Shown: positions 40,657-54,250, numbered from the stretch's first letter. The stretch: 64,000 nucleotides of DNA from Octopus vulgaris (GCA_951406725.2 OX597832.1:23064001-23128000), one strand, 5' to 3'. A program made the numbers and translations. The notes: a model not told the origin generated them from the letters alone.

Positions 40657-41204
40657 GGATAGATTTATATGTATGTATTATAATAACACTAACACAAGCA
40701 ATAATTTATTTATACAGTTTTCCAAGGAGTATATGCGTTTATAGATCCGTGCTAATCAATTACGACTTGGGACCCATCTCAAGGCAACGCACACCACTGG
40801 GGTCCTATCACACACCGTCTTAACTCCATCCACTCTTTCTCATTCCTCACCCGTTCTCAGCATATATCGTGTTATTATTCATAGTATTATTATTCTTTAA
40901 ATTAGTTTTCGGTCTCTGTAAAATATTTATGCATTTAATGTCATTTAAGTAATGGTGAATAAGATTTATTTCCGGTATTTACAAGATGTAAAACATTAAA
41001 ATCTTTAGACATCTTCACCCCATATACATCCCTCTATTGCGCATAGTCATCAAATCATTCATGATTCTACCATTGCTTTTCAAATTATTCATCAGAATAG
41101 TAGTGCTTTCTTCTTTTCTTCCGAATTTTCCAGTGTAACGTTAAAAGCTTTGCACGACTCCTACAACATAAGCGTATTTTTAACCAAAAACAACTATATA
41201 TACA

Positions 41205-41370
41205 GACACAGTTGTGTGGTAAATAAGTTCGCTTGGCAAACACTAGTTTCGGGTTCAGTCCCACATCGCCTCACTATAAATTATCATCTACACATCTACC
41301 TCTAGTTTAGCGCCGAGAAAATACATGAGGAATTTAGAAGGCAGAAGCAGTGTGGAAACCACTTGTCCAT
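41205..41370 (+). mobile_element. Degenerate SINE family A 5' part
   Basis: GTTGTGTGGTAAATAAGTTCGCTTGGCAAACAC...GGGTTCAGTCCCAC. Confidence 0.6.
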
Positions 41371-41380
41371 ACATATCTAT

Positions 41381-41430
<50 letters not shown>

Positions 41431-41435
41431 CTCTA

Positions 41436-41484
<49 letters not shown>

Positions 41485-41892
41485 AATTTAAAAGAAGAAC
41501 AGAAAAGGGAGATAACGAAGTAAATAATTGTTTATTATTAACAAATTGCTCAGCTTCCTTTCTTACACCCGTTTCAAATAATTCTTAATAAGTTACTAAC
41601 AAATTTGTACATTAGATTTATATTTATGTGCCATGAGTATAATTTCATCTGAGAAATAAAAAAGACAATTAACTTCCTTATCTCCATTTTCATTTGAATG
41701 GATATAATCTATATGCTTAATATACTCGTATTGTGTTAAGGCAATTTCATTCCCAAAAAATACCGGGTGTTGGACCAGTATTTTTTGGGAGGCAACCATT
41801 TCTTCAGAATATTAACACATCCTCTGACTAAATACATACCTAGTTGTCTACACCACCTGTCTTTGTAACTTGTTTCTTTTGTGAATTCTCCC

Positions 41893-41932
<40 letters not shown>

Positions 41933-41949
41933 CATACATATGTACACGC

Positions 41950-42009
<60 letters not shown>

Positions 42010-42268
42010 ATGTATATGTATATATATATATATATGTATATATACATGTATATGTATATATATATGTATATATATATATGTATATATGCATATATATATA
42101 TATATGTGTATATATATATATATGTATACATATATATATGTATATATATATATATATATATATGTAGATATATGTATGTATCTATGTATATATATATATA
42201 CATATATATATATGTATACATATATATATGTATATATATATATGCATATATATATGTATGTATCTATC

Positions 42269-42343
<75 letters not shown>

Positions 42344-43193
42344 CCACAGTCGAATGAGTGAAAAAAGTTAAAGATAAAGTATAAAAAAATAAGCGTAAGC
42401 ATTTCCCTCAAAGCAATTCATGAATAAATTTCATCATAAATGTGTCACTACCGTTTAAGTTACACCGAAACTGAAATGGGTAAAAACTGATGGTCATTAA
42501 ATTTATATGACTAGTAAATTTGTGGAAGAGATGTATGTGGTTTGCTACCGTAGTTTCTGTTGGGGGGGGGGGATAAACCGAAATTTCAAAGCGTTGCTCT
42601 TCTTCCTGGTACGAGTATATCCAATAATATCTCTTCAGATTTACATCATTGAAAAATTCATGGAAGAGATCTGAGTGGCCTGCTGCCGTATTTACTTCAA
42701 AGATTGAGAGAAACCGATATTTCAAGCCGTTGGCCTTCATACTACTAAGAGAACGTGATATATTATTCTCGCCTTCCTAGTATTTTTCTGTGATTGAAGA
42801 ATCCAAAATGACAAAATGTCACGCAATTACAGAGCATAAATAACTGTATATATTTTGCTTATAGAGTTGTTGTTGTTATTGTTGTTGTTGATAATGATGA
42901 TGATGTTTATCCCCAGCAGAATCGAGTAGTTCTATGATCAAAGAATTGTCTTCCGTGATTGTAGCATATTCTCTCCTTCATTGCGTATCTAGGACTATGT
43001 TTTCTCGTATATATTTTCTTTCTCAAGACTTTTATTGACAGATTTGTGAGTCATTTAGAGAACAAACCGTAAAGATACTTCCTCTTTTACTCGTCTCTTT
43101 GCAACATAAAGCATCATTTGTGCAGGATTTTTGTTCCCATCACCAATTACAATCCACTTTTATTTCTCTATGTTGTTGGAAAAGCATGACTTA

Positions 43194-43344
43194 CTGTAAT
43201 TATCCGTATAAAAGTCGCCATATTTTACACGTAATTATCACCGAAAACACAGCTGCGTGACCTATACATGAAGTAAAGCTAATATTATTTACATCAACAT
43301 TTAACACTAAATCAGGTGTACGACTTATACACGAATGAATACGG
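43194..43344. mobile_element. MITE (pogo/Tc2-type TIRs, TA TSD)
   Basis: TA-CTGTAATTATCCGTATAAAAGTCG ... CGACTTATACACGAATGAATACGG-TA. Confidence 0.55.
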
Positions 43345-44456
43345 TATATATATATTTGGATTGTTGTAGATATCGGAATTGGGACTAAATCATAAGATTA
43401 AAGTTACCACATTATGGAAGAATTTGAATATTTCAAATCGATACTTGTTCATGAGACCTGAAAACAATTATATCCTATATAAATAAATTCTTGAGTCTGG
43501 AAGAATTTTTCATGGATTAGTCACGAGAGACAGAATAAAAAACCGTTATCTTATTTTAGATATTTTTACGGAAGAGAAAATTATAGAATCCACGACGGGT
43601 TGTCTTCAAATATTCTGTATCATTGTGTTTGACTTGCAGCTTATCGTATCCGAGTTTGATTGTTGACCTTTTCTGAAACCAGCTGATTATCAATCAAATA
43701 ATCTTTTTAATATTCTTCATCGTACAATTACACTCCCACATAAAAACAAAATGGCCACACAGCTGCCAATGATAGAAATGAATGCATTTTGTAACATAAA
43801 GATTTTTTTTTATGGTAAAATTTCAAATCTACATTATGTGTGAGCGAGCAGATGATTAACAACTTAAATCGCAGTACTTGAAGACTTAATAATGAAAGCT
43901 AAGATGGAAGAAAAAAAAGAAGAGAAATTAAATATTTTATGATTTGATAAAACTTTATTTCATTTGCAAGACAAAGAATACGACGTTAATATCTCAATGC
44001 AATTACTATACTACAATGGGTGTTTCTGTGGAACGGCTTTCAAAGACGCATTCAATCAAGTAGAGCAATGAGAAAATTAATTTTTCTGTTCGTCACATCG
44101 AAGCCTTTTAAAAAAACATGCGTCGGCATGCAGAGAGGTTAAGACAACCCGCCTCGAGTGTTTAATGTATTTTCAACAGAACAATTAAACGTATCCAAAG
44201 GGGAAAGTTTTTGTGTAACAAGTAAACAAAGACAAAAGTACTGGCGGTGGGTGTTCAAGAAGAAGACCTTTAAAATCTATTTGTATTTCTCTATTGCTCT
44301 CACAACAAAATACGAATACTTATCGCGAGTTCTTGGAACTTCATAAAATTTCACATCTATAATTGTACGTTCAATTATTCTTTTTGGATTCATCCTTTCG
44401 CTTGTTATGAAACAATAGCATTCTTATATTATTTTCAACATTCTTTTATTTCTCTG

Positions 44457-44488
<32 letters not shown>

Positions 44489-44600
44489 CTTTCCTTTGTC
44501 TGTTTCACTATTTTCGCATCGATCTCTCCGCCTACATATCGTCGCTCCTTTCATCTTTTATCAAATATCAAATTTTATCCGTATACATATATATATATAC

Positions 44601-44659
<59 letters not shown>

Positions 44660-44711
44660 TGTATATGTATACATATGTATATATGTATATTTACATATAT
44701 ATATATATATA

Positions 44712-44823
44712 TGCGTGGCATCTTGGGAAAGTGTCTTCTGCTATAGCCCCGGGCCGACCAATGCCGTGTGAGTAGATTTGGTAGACGGAAACTGAAAAGA
44801 AGCCTGTCATATATATATATATG

Positions 44824-44860
<37 letters not shown>

Positions 44861-45056
44861 TTATGTGTCTGAGGTTGTCCCCCTAGCACGGTGTGTTTAC
44901 GTCCCCGTCACTTAAGGGTTCGGCAAAAGGGACCGATAGAATAAGTACTGGGCTTACAAAGAATAAGTCCCGGGGTCGATTTGCTCGACTAACGGCGGTG
45001 CTCCAGCATGGCCGCAGTCAAATGACTGAAACAAGTAAAAGAGTAAAAGAGTAAAG
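44712..45056 (+). mobile_element. SINE family A, 5'-truncated
   Basis: Starts at TGCGTGGCATCTTGGG and ends with a GTAAAAGA tail; flanked by a ~60-bp direct duplication. Confidence 0.88.
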
Positions 45057-45152
45057 ATATATATATATATACACACATATATGTATATGTATACATATGT
45101 ATATATGTATATTTACATATATATATATATATATATCATTATGCATACATAC

Positions 45153-45197
<45 letters not shown>

Positions 45198-45220
45198 AAT
45201 GCATATATGTAGATAGATAG

Positions 45221-45287
<67 letters not shown>

Positions 45288-46066
45288 GTAGATACATACA
45301 TACATACATACATACATACATACAGAGACCACATACTAAAAGAATAACCACAATCATAAGTAATTGCCACACAATATGATATGGTTTATCCACGTTAATC
45401 TGTATGATACATATGCAGATAAATAGTCATTGTATTTATAGATGTGCGCGGGATGTCGTGCGCGGGAAATCGTGCGTGTCAATTTGATCATTTAATAATT
45501 ATTATATGCTGAACTATAAATGCCCACAATATTTTTTATGAATAAATAATTAACAGTACAAACTTATAGCTTATAAATAATTATATAAAGAAAATATGTT
45601 TCTGTATATGACATCCTATACAATTGTAATATTTATATTTATCATATAAAAATAACTACATTAGAAAAATAATTTAGTGTATATCAATGTATATAAAATA
45701 TTACTTTTCGAAATTGTATATGAATATTTCAATAAACTTTGTTTCGACTGCTCTCTTCTATGTTGATAAAATAATAATATTAGATCCTTTTACATAATAA
45801 TGTTGAGCTCAGCTACGTTATTATTTCGTTTGACACAACATGTTTCTATGCGTTACGCTTTTAGAAAACGCTAATTATAGATCGAAATCGGTGGCGCTAT
45901 AGAAATTTTTTATCACGGTGAAATGATGGCGTGACGGTGTATGAACGTGAACATCAAAATATCAACTTTCATAAAACGTATGATTTCCAAAATTTCCGCT
46001 ACAAATGTTTTTTTTTTGTAAATTTTACTACATCCTGCATGCGTGTCCGTTCGAAGCATTCTGTGT

Positions 46067-46102
<36 letters not shown>

Positions 46103-46203
46103 AACAAACACATGTATTTGTTTATACAATATATAATATATGTATGTATCTCTACATACACACACACGTATGTATATATATAAACACGCACATACAAACA
46201 TAC

Positions 46204-46257
<54 letters not shown>

Positions 46258-46453
46258 TAGACAAATGTATATATATATACATATATATATATACATATAT
46301 ATATATATCGATTGCGACATATAATTATATTAGTATGAATATATGCATAGCTAATATAAGTATATGTATAAATATATACAACACTTGTGTGTATAAAGAT
46401 ATATATGTGTATAAATATGTGTGCATACCAATGTATACAAATATATATATATA

Positions 46454-46530
<77 letters not shown>

Positions 46531-47336
46531 ATGTGTGTGTGTTTGTAAGTGAATCTGTAGGTGTGTGTGTGGGGGGATGTATGTATGTGTGTGTTTGTAT
46601 CTACGTATATATGTATGTATGGAAATTTACATACTGGTAAGTACAACTACTATGAAAATCATACCCAATGATTTAAATGAGCGGTCAGTGGGCGTTCAGC
46701 AATTTTGTCGCAGATCAATACTAATTGCGTTTTCGTCGAATATTTCTAGTCATTTGTATCATAGAATATATATATATTTTTCTTTAAATTCCAGGTGCTA
46801 CTTCTCAGAATATGCCTCCAGACGCTGATATTCGAAAAGCATTTTTTTACGCATTTTCCGAAATATATGTTTTATGTCCATCCCAGTTGCTTTCATGTCG
46901 ACAACTTATATATCCTTCCGCTTATAAAACTTAATATTTTGACAGATTTGTTGTAGTCACATGCGAAAAAACAAAAAAAAAAAAAACGATAGAATGTGTA
47001 AACACAAAACTGAGATTTCGGCAAATCTTAGAAAAGAAATGTCTTCACATCATGTTGTGCATAAATATATATCTGTATATATATATATATATATATAGAT
47101 ATATATATATATATATATAGATAGATAGATATATATATGAAAAAACAAGTCAAAATAGAAAATGCTAAAATAATTATATATATATATATATATCTATGTA
47201 TATATATATATGCATGTATGTATGTGCTTATATATATATATTTCGTGTTTGGATTTGGTTTGCAAGATTCTCTATATGAGTTCGTTTTAACGGTGAGTGT
47301 GTTACATTATAAGGCACAAAAAGAATATTACAACAG

Positions 47337-47379
<43 letters not shown>

Positions 47380-47395
47380 ACATGTATGTATATAT

Positions 47396-47618
47396 ACTCT
47401 TTTACTCTTTTACTCCTTTACTTGTTTCAGTCATTGACTGCGGCCATGCTGGAGCACCGCCTTTAGTCGAGCAAATCGACCCCAGGGCTTATTCTTTGTA
47501 AGCCCAGTACTTATTCTATCGGTCTGTTTTGCCGAACCGCTAAGTGACGGGGACGTAAACACACCAGCATCGGTTGTCAAGCAATGCTAGGGGGACAAAC
47601 ACACACACACAAACACAT

Positions 47619-47651
<33 letters not shown>

Positions 47652-47837
47652 AATATATATATATACACATATATACGACAGGCTTCTTTCAGTTTCCATC
47701 TACCAAATCCACTCACAAGGCATTGGTCGGCCCGGGGCTATAGCAGAAGACACCTGACCAAGATGTCACGCAGTGGGACTGAACCCGGAACCATGTGTTG
47801 ATTAGCAAGCTACTTACCACACAGTCACTCCTGCGCC
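47396..47837 (-). mobile_element. SINE family A, full length
   Basis: Colinear with other copies. Confidence 0.9.
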
Positions 47838-48414
47838 TATATATATATATTCATATATATATATACATATATATGCATACACACACACACACACACTCAC
47901 ACACACTCACATATATATATGCATATGTATACATAAGTACAAATTATACATATGCATAAATATTTTTCTCTGTGTGTGTGTGTGTGTGTGTGTGTTGGTA
48001 TTCATGTATATGTATGCACATATCTGTATATTTATTCAAATATTAATGTATATACGTATGTCCGTATGTATGTAGTAACTCTTTAGTTTTTAATAATTTA
48101 CATTCTTCCACTGAGGACGGAACTAGTTTCTAACAAAGATACAAAGTTCCATCGTTGGAATATTGATAACAAAGAAAAATTCACATTTTAATCTTGGGAG
48201 AAGGTAACTAAATTTTTTATTGCACCTAGCGATGTGCCAGTTAGGTACTTCATTTCTTTTCCTGAAAGCCTTAGGCAATTACTGACAAAGCTAAGTGTAT
48301 TAATTATGATTGACATAAGTATGAACTTAAAATCTGGTTATAGAATCTGGAAGTTTCGAAGCAGTTCGCCATTGTGATCCCCCGTCTCTTTGATATTCAA
48401 AGATACGTGCGTAT

Positions 48415-48890
48415 GTCATTATTCAGTTTGTTTCAAGATTTATTGCAGATAAAAAAGAACCGGTTTCTAACCTAGATCCAAGGCTACTTCACTGGAATTT
48501 CAACATCTACGACAGAGTATTTTTGTATGTATGTATGTATGCATGCATGTATGTATGTATGTATGTATGTATGTATGTATGTATGTATGTATGTATGTAT
48601 GTATGTATGTATGCATGCATGCATGTATGTATGTATGTATGTATGTACGTATGTACGTATGTATGTATGTATGTATGTATGTATGTATGTATGTATGTAT
48701 GTATGTATGTATGTATGTACGTATGTATGTATGTATGTATGTATGTATGTATGTATGTGTGTGTGTATGTATGTATGTATGTATATATGTCATTATTCAG
48801 TTTTATTTCAAGATTTCTTGCCAATAAAGAGCCGGTTTCAAGGCTCCTTCATTGGAATTTCGACATCAACAACAGGGTATTTTTGTATGT
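48415..48890 (-). repeat. Two tandem ~100-bp units separated by (TATG)n
   Basis: GTCATTATTCAGTTT...CCGGTTTC...GGAATTTC...GTATTTTTG at 48415-48525 and 48789-48885. Confidence 0.75.
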
Positions 48891-48999
48891 ATAGATGTAT
48901 GTATGTATACATGCTTATGCAAATGTGTATGTTTTATGTATGTATTCTCATGCATATAGTTAAATATCTAGACATGCTCACATATATTTAAATGATAAT

Positions 49000-50040
49000 C
49001 TTCTGGAAAGTTTTACAGAATTTTACCGTTCCAGTGATAGATTAGATCTGTTGTCTTTGGATCAGCTTTCTTCGTTTCTGGTTTTGAGAAACCTATTTCC
49101 TCAAGATTGGTATCTAGGCAGTGTATTACATATCCCAGGGCCCCAATAATTGCAGGTATAAAACTGAACTTGTAATCTAGATAGAGTAACCGCAGATTTC
49201 TCAGTAGTTCAGTATAGGTGTTCTCTTTTTCATTCATCTTCAGCTTTATGTTAACATCCGCTGGGCAACTGATATTGATAACTCTGCACAGTTTCTCTTC
49301 TCTATCCAAAATCATTATATCAGATCTGTAGTGCTTACATTTTTATTGAGGGCTTCACTTGTACATTCCCCTGGAATTCCTTTTTAATATGAGTGGCTAC
49401 GGATTCTACCATATTGTTGGTTCTTATTTCTTTGTCCTCGGGATTATCCATCTGATAATGGCGAGTAAGATATTGCATATATATGACAAAGCTTTCATCC
49501 GCTCTCCCCTATATACCATGCAAATTATTGTTCTCTGCCATTTGACTGGCGGATATAGGGCAGTGGTGGAGGCGCAATGGCCCAGTGTTAGGGCAGCGGA
49601 CTCGCGGTCGTAGGATCGCGGTTTCGATTCCCAGACCGGGCGTTGTGAGTGTTTATTGAGCGAAAACACCTAAAACTCCACGAGGCTCCGGCAGGGGATG
49701 GTGGTGATCCCTGCTGTACTCTTTCGCCACAACTTACTCTCATTCTTACTTCCTGTTTCTGTTGTACCTGTATTTCAAAGGGCTGGCCTAGTCACTCTCT
49801 GTGTCACGCTGAATATCCCCGAGAACTACGTTAAGGGTACACGTGTCTGTGGAGTGCTCAGCCACTTACACGTTAATTTCACGAGCAGGCTGTTCCGTTG
49901 ATTGGATCAACCGGAACCCTCATCGTCGTAACCGACGGAGTGCTTCCAAAAAGATAGGGCAGTGACTGAAGAGTGCAGTTTATTGTAAAAGCAGGGTTGT
50001 ACTATTTCTCTTGAGCCAGAATTACTAGTATTATTCGGTC
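49000..50040 (-). pseudogene. Non-LTR retrotransposon with restriction-like endonuclease (R4/Dong-like), 3' fragment, interrupted by SINE C
   Basis: KHYRSDIMILDREEKLCRVINISCPADVNIKLKMNEKENTYTEL...IPAIIGALG matches the RPDI...D...EKxxKY...P.IIGALG pattern of REL domains. Upstream boundary is approximate. Confidence 0.8.
49566..49953 (+). mobile_element. SINE family C, full length with 11-bp TSD
   Basis: TSD ATAGGGCAGTG at 49555-49565 and 49954-49964. Confidence 0.9.
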
Positions 50041-50523
50041 AAATTTTGCAAATTTGCAAATCGTTTACTGGTGTTCTTTCCGCCTACTTTTCCTTCATTG
50101 AGGCTTGTGAAATCGTCGACTTTTATTTGCATTTGTCAAATTTATTATTTGAATTCATGTTCCTCAGAAAAAAACGTTCATAAGCGTATCAAAATTTTCA
50201 CCGATGTTGGCTAGACGATGGATAGCGAAGAATGATGTTACACAGATAAATCAATAAATTCAAACTAAACCAAGAAAAACACGAAGACAATATCCGACGA
50301 CAAGCATTATTTCTTAAGAGAGGAGGAATAATAAAATACATATACATTTTATAGTTCTTTTTTGTCATTTACGACAAACAAGATAATCCGTCGCTTATTT
50401 ATTGTTGTACGTCTACAAAAGACAACAGCAACACGAGCAAAACGAATTCCGATGACAATGATGACGACGACGACGACGATGATAATGATAACAATGATGA
50501 TGATGATGATGATGATGATGATT

Positions 50524-50555
<32 letters not shown>

Positions 50556-50589
50556 GGTGGTGGTGGTAGTGCTGATCTTTTTTTATTTT

Positions 50590-50750
50590 AAATCGTTTTA
50601 CTTGTTTCAGTCTCCTGATCGCTGCCATGCTGGGGCACCGCCTTAAAGAAATTTAGTTCAGCGATTTGACCACAACAGTTATTTTTTTTAAAAGTCTAGT
50701 ACTTTTTGGATGAGTCTCTTTTGCCGAACCACTAAGTTGCGAGGAAGCAA
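50590..50750 (-). mobile_element. SINE family A 3' fragment (diverged)
   Basis: TTACTTGTTTCAGTC...GCCATGCTGGGGCACCGCC...TCTTTTGCCGAACCACTAAG. Confidence 0.7.
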
Positions 50751-50799
50751 GTAAAGTCGAGAGTTCTGAGAGGTAAAAGGATGTAATAATAACAATAAT

Positions 50800-50922
50800 A
50801 ATAAGAAGAAGAAGAAGAAGAAGAAGAAGGAGGAGGAGGAGGAGAGGAGGAGGAGGAGGAGAGGAGGAGGAGGAGAGGAGGAGGAGGAGGAGCAGAAGAA
50901 GGAGGAGGAGGAGGAGAAGAAG

Positions 50923-50953
<31 letters not shown>

Positions 50954-51426
50954 GGAATAGGAAGTAGAAGAGGAAGATGAGGAAGAAGAAGAAGAAGAGG
51001 AAGAAGGAAGAGGAGAAGGACGAGGGGCAGCAGCAACAGAAGGAGGAGGAGGAGGAGGAGAAGAAGAAGAAGAAGAAGAAGAAGAAGAAGAAGAAGAAGA
51101 AAAAGAAGAAGTGGAAGAAGAAGGAGGGGGAGGAGCAGCAGCAGACGGAGGAGGTGGAGGAGAAGAAGAAGAAGAAGAAGAAGAGGAAGAGGAAAAAAAG
51201 AAGAAGAAGAAGAGGAAGAGGAAAAAGAAGAAGAAGAAGAAGAGGAAGAGGAAAAAGAAGAAGAAGAAGAAGAGGAAGAGGAAAAAGAAGAAGAAGAAGA
51301 GGAAGAGGAAAAAGAAGAAGAGGAAGTGGAAGAGGGAGCGGAAGAGGAAGAAGAAGAAGAAGAAGAAGAAGAAGAAGAAGAAGAAGAAGAAGAAGAAGAA
51401 GAAGAAGAAGAAGAAGAAGAAGAAGA
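50800..51426. repeat. (GAA)n/(GGA)n purine tract
   Basis: Direct observation. Confidence 0.95.
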
Positions 51427-51633
51427 ATCCTATAGGCACAAAACCTGAAATTTTAGGATAAGAGACCAGTCGATTACATTGACCTCAGTATATAACTGGT
51501 ACCTAATTTATCAAGACCGAAACGATGTAAGGCAAAATCGACCTTGGTCACATTTGAACTCAGAACGTATTGTCGAAAGAAATGCTGCCAATTATTTTGT
51601 CCGACGTGGAAACGATTCAGCCAGCATACCGCC
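51427..51633 (-). mobile_element. SINE family B copy
   Basis: TATAGGCACAAAACCTGAAATT...GTCGATTACATTGACC...TTTGAACTCAGAACG...ACCGCC. Confidence 0.8.
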
Positions 51634-51804
51634 TCAATAATAATGAAAGTACATACATGCAGTCAGGCCTATTCCCTATTTTTTTAGGAGGGGACAGCCA
51701 CAACAAGACACATACCAGGCATTGTATTTATAATGGAATGGAATATTTATAATACATGTGGAGTATCTCCCATTATAAGTAGGTTCAAGGAGCTGGAACG
51801 CGTC

Positions 51805-52243
51805 CTGAATGTTTCCCAGGATTTCCTGGAAAGTTCCGGTTATTTCCGGAAAGTTCCGAGGAATTGTCATCCAAGTCCCGAGGATTTATACTTCCTGGAA
51901 TATTCCGAGGTGTTCTCAGAAAGTTCCGAAGATTAAGACTTCCTGAAAAGTTCCGAATATGAGAGTTCCTGGAAAGTTCCGAGGATGGGGGCTTCCTGGA
52001 AAAATTCCTATGATTTCCTGGAAGGTTCCGAGTAACAGACTTCCTGGAAAGTCCCGAGGATTTATACTTCCTGTAATATTCCGATGTGTTCTCGGAAAGT
52101 TCCGAAGATTAAGACTTCCTGGAAAGTTCCGAATATGAGAGTTCCTGGAAAGTTCCGAGGATGGGGGGCTTCCTGGAAAATTCCTATGATTTCCAGGAAG
52201 GTTCCGAGTAACAGACTTCCTGGAATGTCCCGAGGATTGATAC
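51805..52243. repeat. Minisatellite: 176-bp higher-order unit built from TTCCTGGAAAGTTCCGA subrepeats
   Basis: GTCCCGAGGATT at 51875, 52051 and 52227. Confidence 0.9.
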
Positions 52244-52244
52244 A

Positions 52245-52625
52245 ACTCTCTTGCCTCTCTCACTCCAACACCTCTAACCACCAAAGCTTTCTTCACTCAA
52301 TCCATCCATCCACACAAACCGAGGTCTGCCCCTCGTTCTGCTGCCTACCACTTCCGCCTTCATCACTCTGTGAAATGTATGCTGAGAGGTAAAAGGTTTA
52401 GTATGAAAGCGAAATGAGGTCAGTATGAGGGCGTGATTGTGCAGACAATACTATATGGTGAAGAGACCTGGGAGATGAGAGATGCGGAAAGGAGGCGACT
52501 AGATGTGTTTGAGATGAGATGTCTCAGTGTTATTGTTGGTATGACACGGATGGAAAGGATGAGGAATGAGGGAGTGCGAAAGCGAGCAGGAATGATAGAA
52601 ACACTAACAACCATAATGGACAATG
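52245..52625. pseudogene. RTE/BovB-like LINE fragment with 5' inversion
   Basis: Plus 52430-52622 gives VIVQTILYGEETWEMRDAERRRLDVFEMRCL..RMRNEGVRKRAG. Minus 52367-52245 gives RVMKAEVVGSRTRGRPRF..WMD..KKAL. Confidence 0.8.
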
Positions 52626-52739
52626 AACATTTTAATAAATAATAATGATAAGTATGAGAATAATAACGACATTTGTATTAATGTTAATCGCGATTCCTTA
52701 TAGGGAGAACAATTGATGATCACCAATAAGTAAAACATA

Positions 52740-52968
52740 ATGAAATGTGATGGAGATAATGGTGATGATGATGATGATGATGATGATGTGGTGGTGGTGG
52801 TGATGATGATGATGATGATGATGATGATGTGGTGGTGATGATGATGATGATGATGAGGATGATGAGGATGATGATGTGGTGGTGGTGGTGGTGGTGGTGG
52901 TGGTGATGATGATGATGTGACGATGACTATGATGATGATGATGATAATGATGGTGGTGATGGTGATGG

Positions 52969-53044
<76 letters not shown>

Positions 53045-53490
53045 AATGATGATGATGTGATGATGATGATGATGATTATCATCATCATCATCATTATCAT
53101 GTGAATTATTGTGAAGAAGATGAGGAGAAGGAAGAGGGAGGAGAAGGAGATTGGCTGTGCGGAGGATGTACAAAATGATGCTAATAATGAAGACGATGGT
53201 AGTGGTGGTGGTGAAGGTAAATGTGGTGGTGGTGGTCGTCGTCGTCATCGTCGTCGTCGTCGTGTTTGTGATGGTGAAGATGATGGTGGTTGATTGTAGT
53301 GGTGTCGGCGATGGGGGGACAATGTTGACAAGGAAGATGTACAAAATGATGCTGATGCTGAAAAAGGATGATCGTAAGGATGATGATGACGTCAATGACG
53401 GCGGTGAGGCTGTTCACGACGATGGTGATGATGGCGGCGATGGTGATTGTGCTGCGTGTAATTGCCGTTCACTCGCAGATGATGATGGAG
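52740..53490. repeat. (GAT)n/(GGT)n low-complexity tract
   Basis: Direct observation. Confidence 0.9.
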
Positions 53491-53969
53491 TTTGAGTTTG
53501 TGTTTGTGGTGGCGCTCGCGTATATGGGTTAAAAACGATGCGAACAAATGAGGAAAAGAATGAGAGCCAAGAAGAACAAACCAACAAAATCAACAAAATA
53601 ACCAAATAAAAGAAGTCTAGTTAATGATATCATGCAAATAGTGCCTTCGAAAACGGAAATTAATGCCTCGATTCGATGAAAAAAAAAAAAAAAGCTTTCT
53701 ACGTACAGGAACACGTGACGAAAGACGAACAAACGGACAATAAGAAATTAACAAAAATTAAACAACCAACAATATAATAACATCCTATTTTTCTTTTCCG
53801 TGTGTGCGCATGTACGGATTCTGTGTTTTATACGTGTCTGTTTGACGCAGATCTGTTTTGTAATTGTGACAGATGTCAAAGAAATTATTTACAAAAGACT
53901 CGTTGACGTGCAAATGAAAGGAAGTTTTTCTTTTTCTACATATTTATTTAGCAATCTGTTGAGTTTATG

Positions 53970-53977
53970 ATTATTAT

Positions 53978-54010
<33 letters not shown>

Positions 54011-54015
54011 TATTA

Positions 54016-54046
<31 letters not shown>

Positions 54047-54082
54047 TATTATTATATATTATTATTATTATTATTATTATTA

Positions 54083-54120
<38 letters not shown>

Positions 54121-54144
54121 ATCATTATCATTATTATTATTATA

Positions 54145-54230
<86 letters not shown>

Positions 54231-54250
54231 TACTATTATTATTATTATTA

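Noticed and set aside
42408-42740. 110-aa minus-strand ORF
   Set aside because: No recognisable domain, and the internal repeat falls in different frames, favouring a non-coding origin.
51805-52243. CRISPR-like repeat-spacer appearance
   Set aside because: Spacers are only about 5-10 bp and themselves duplicated, the context is eukaryotic, and there are no cas genes.
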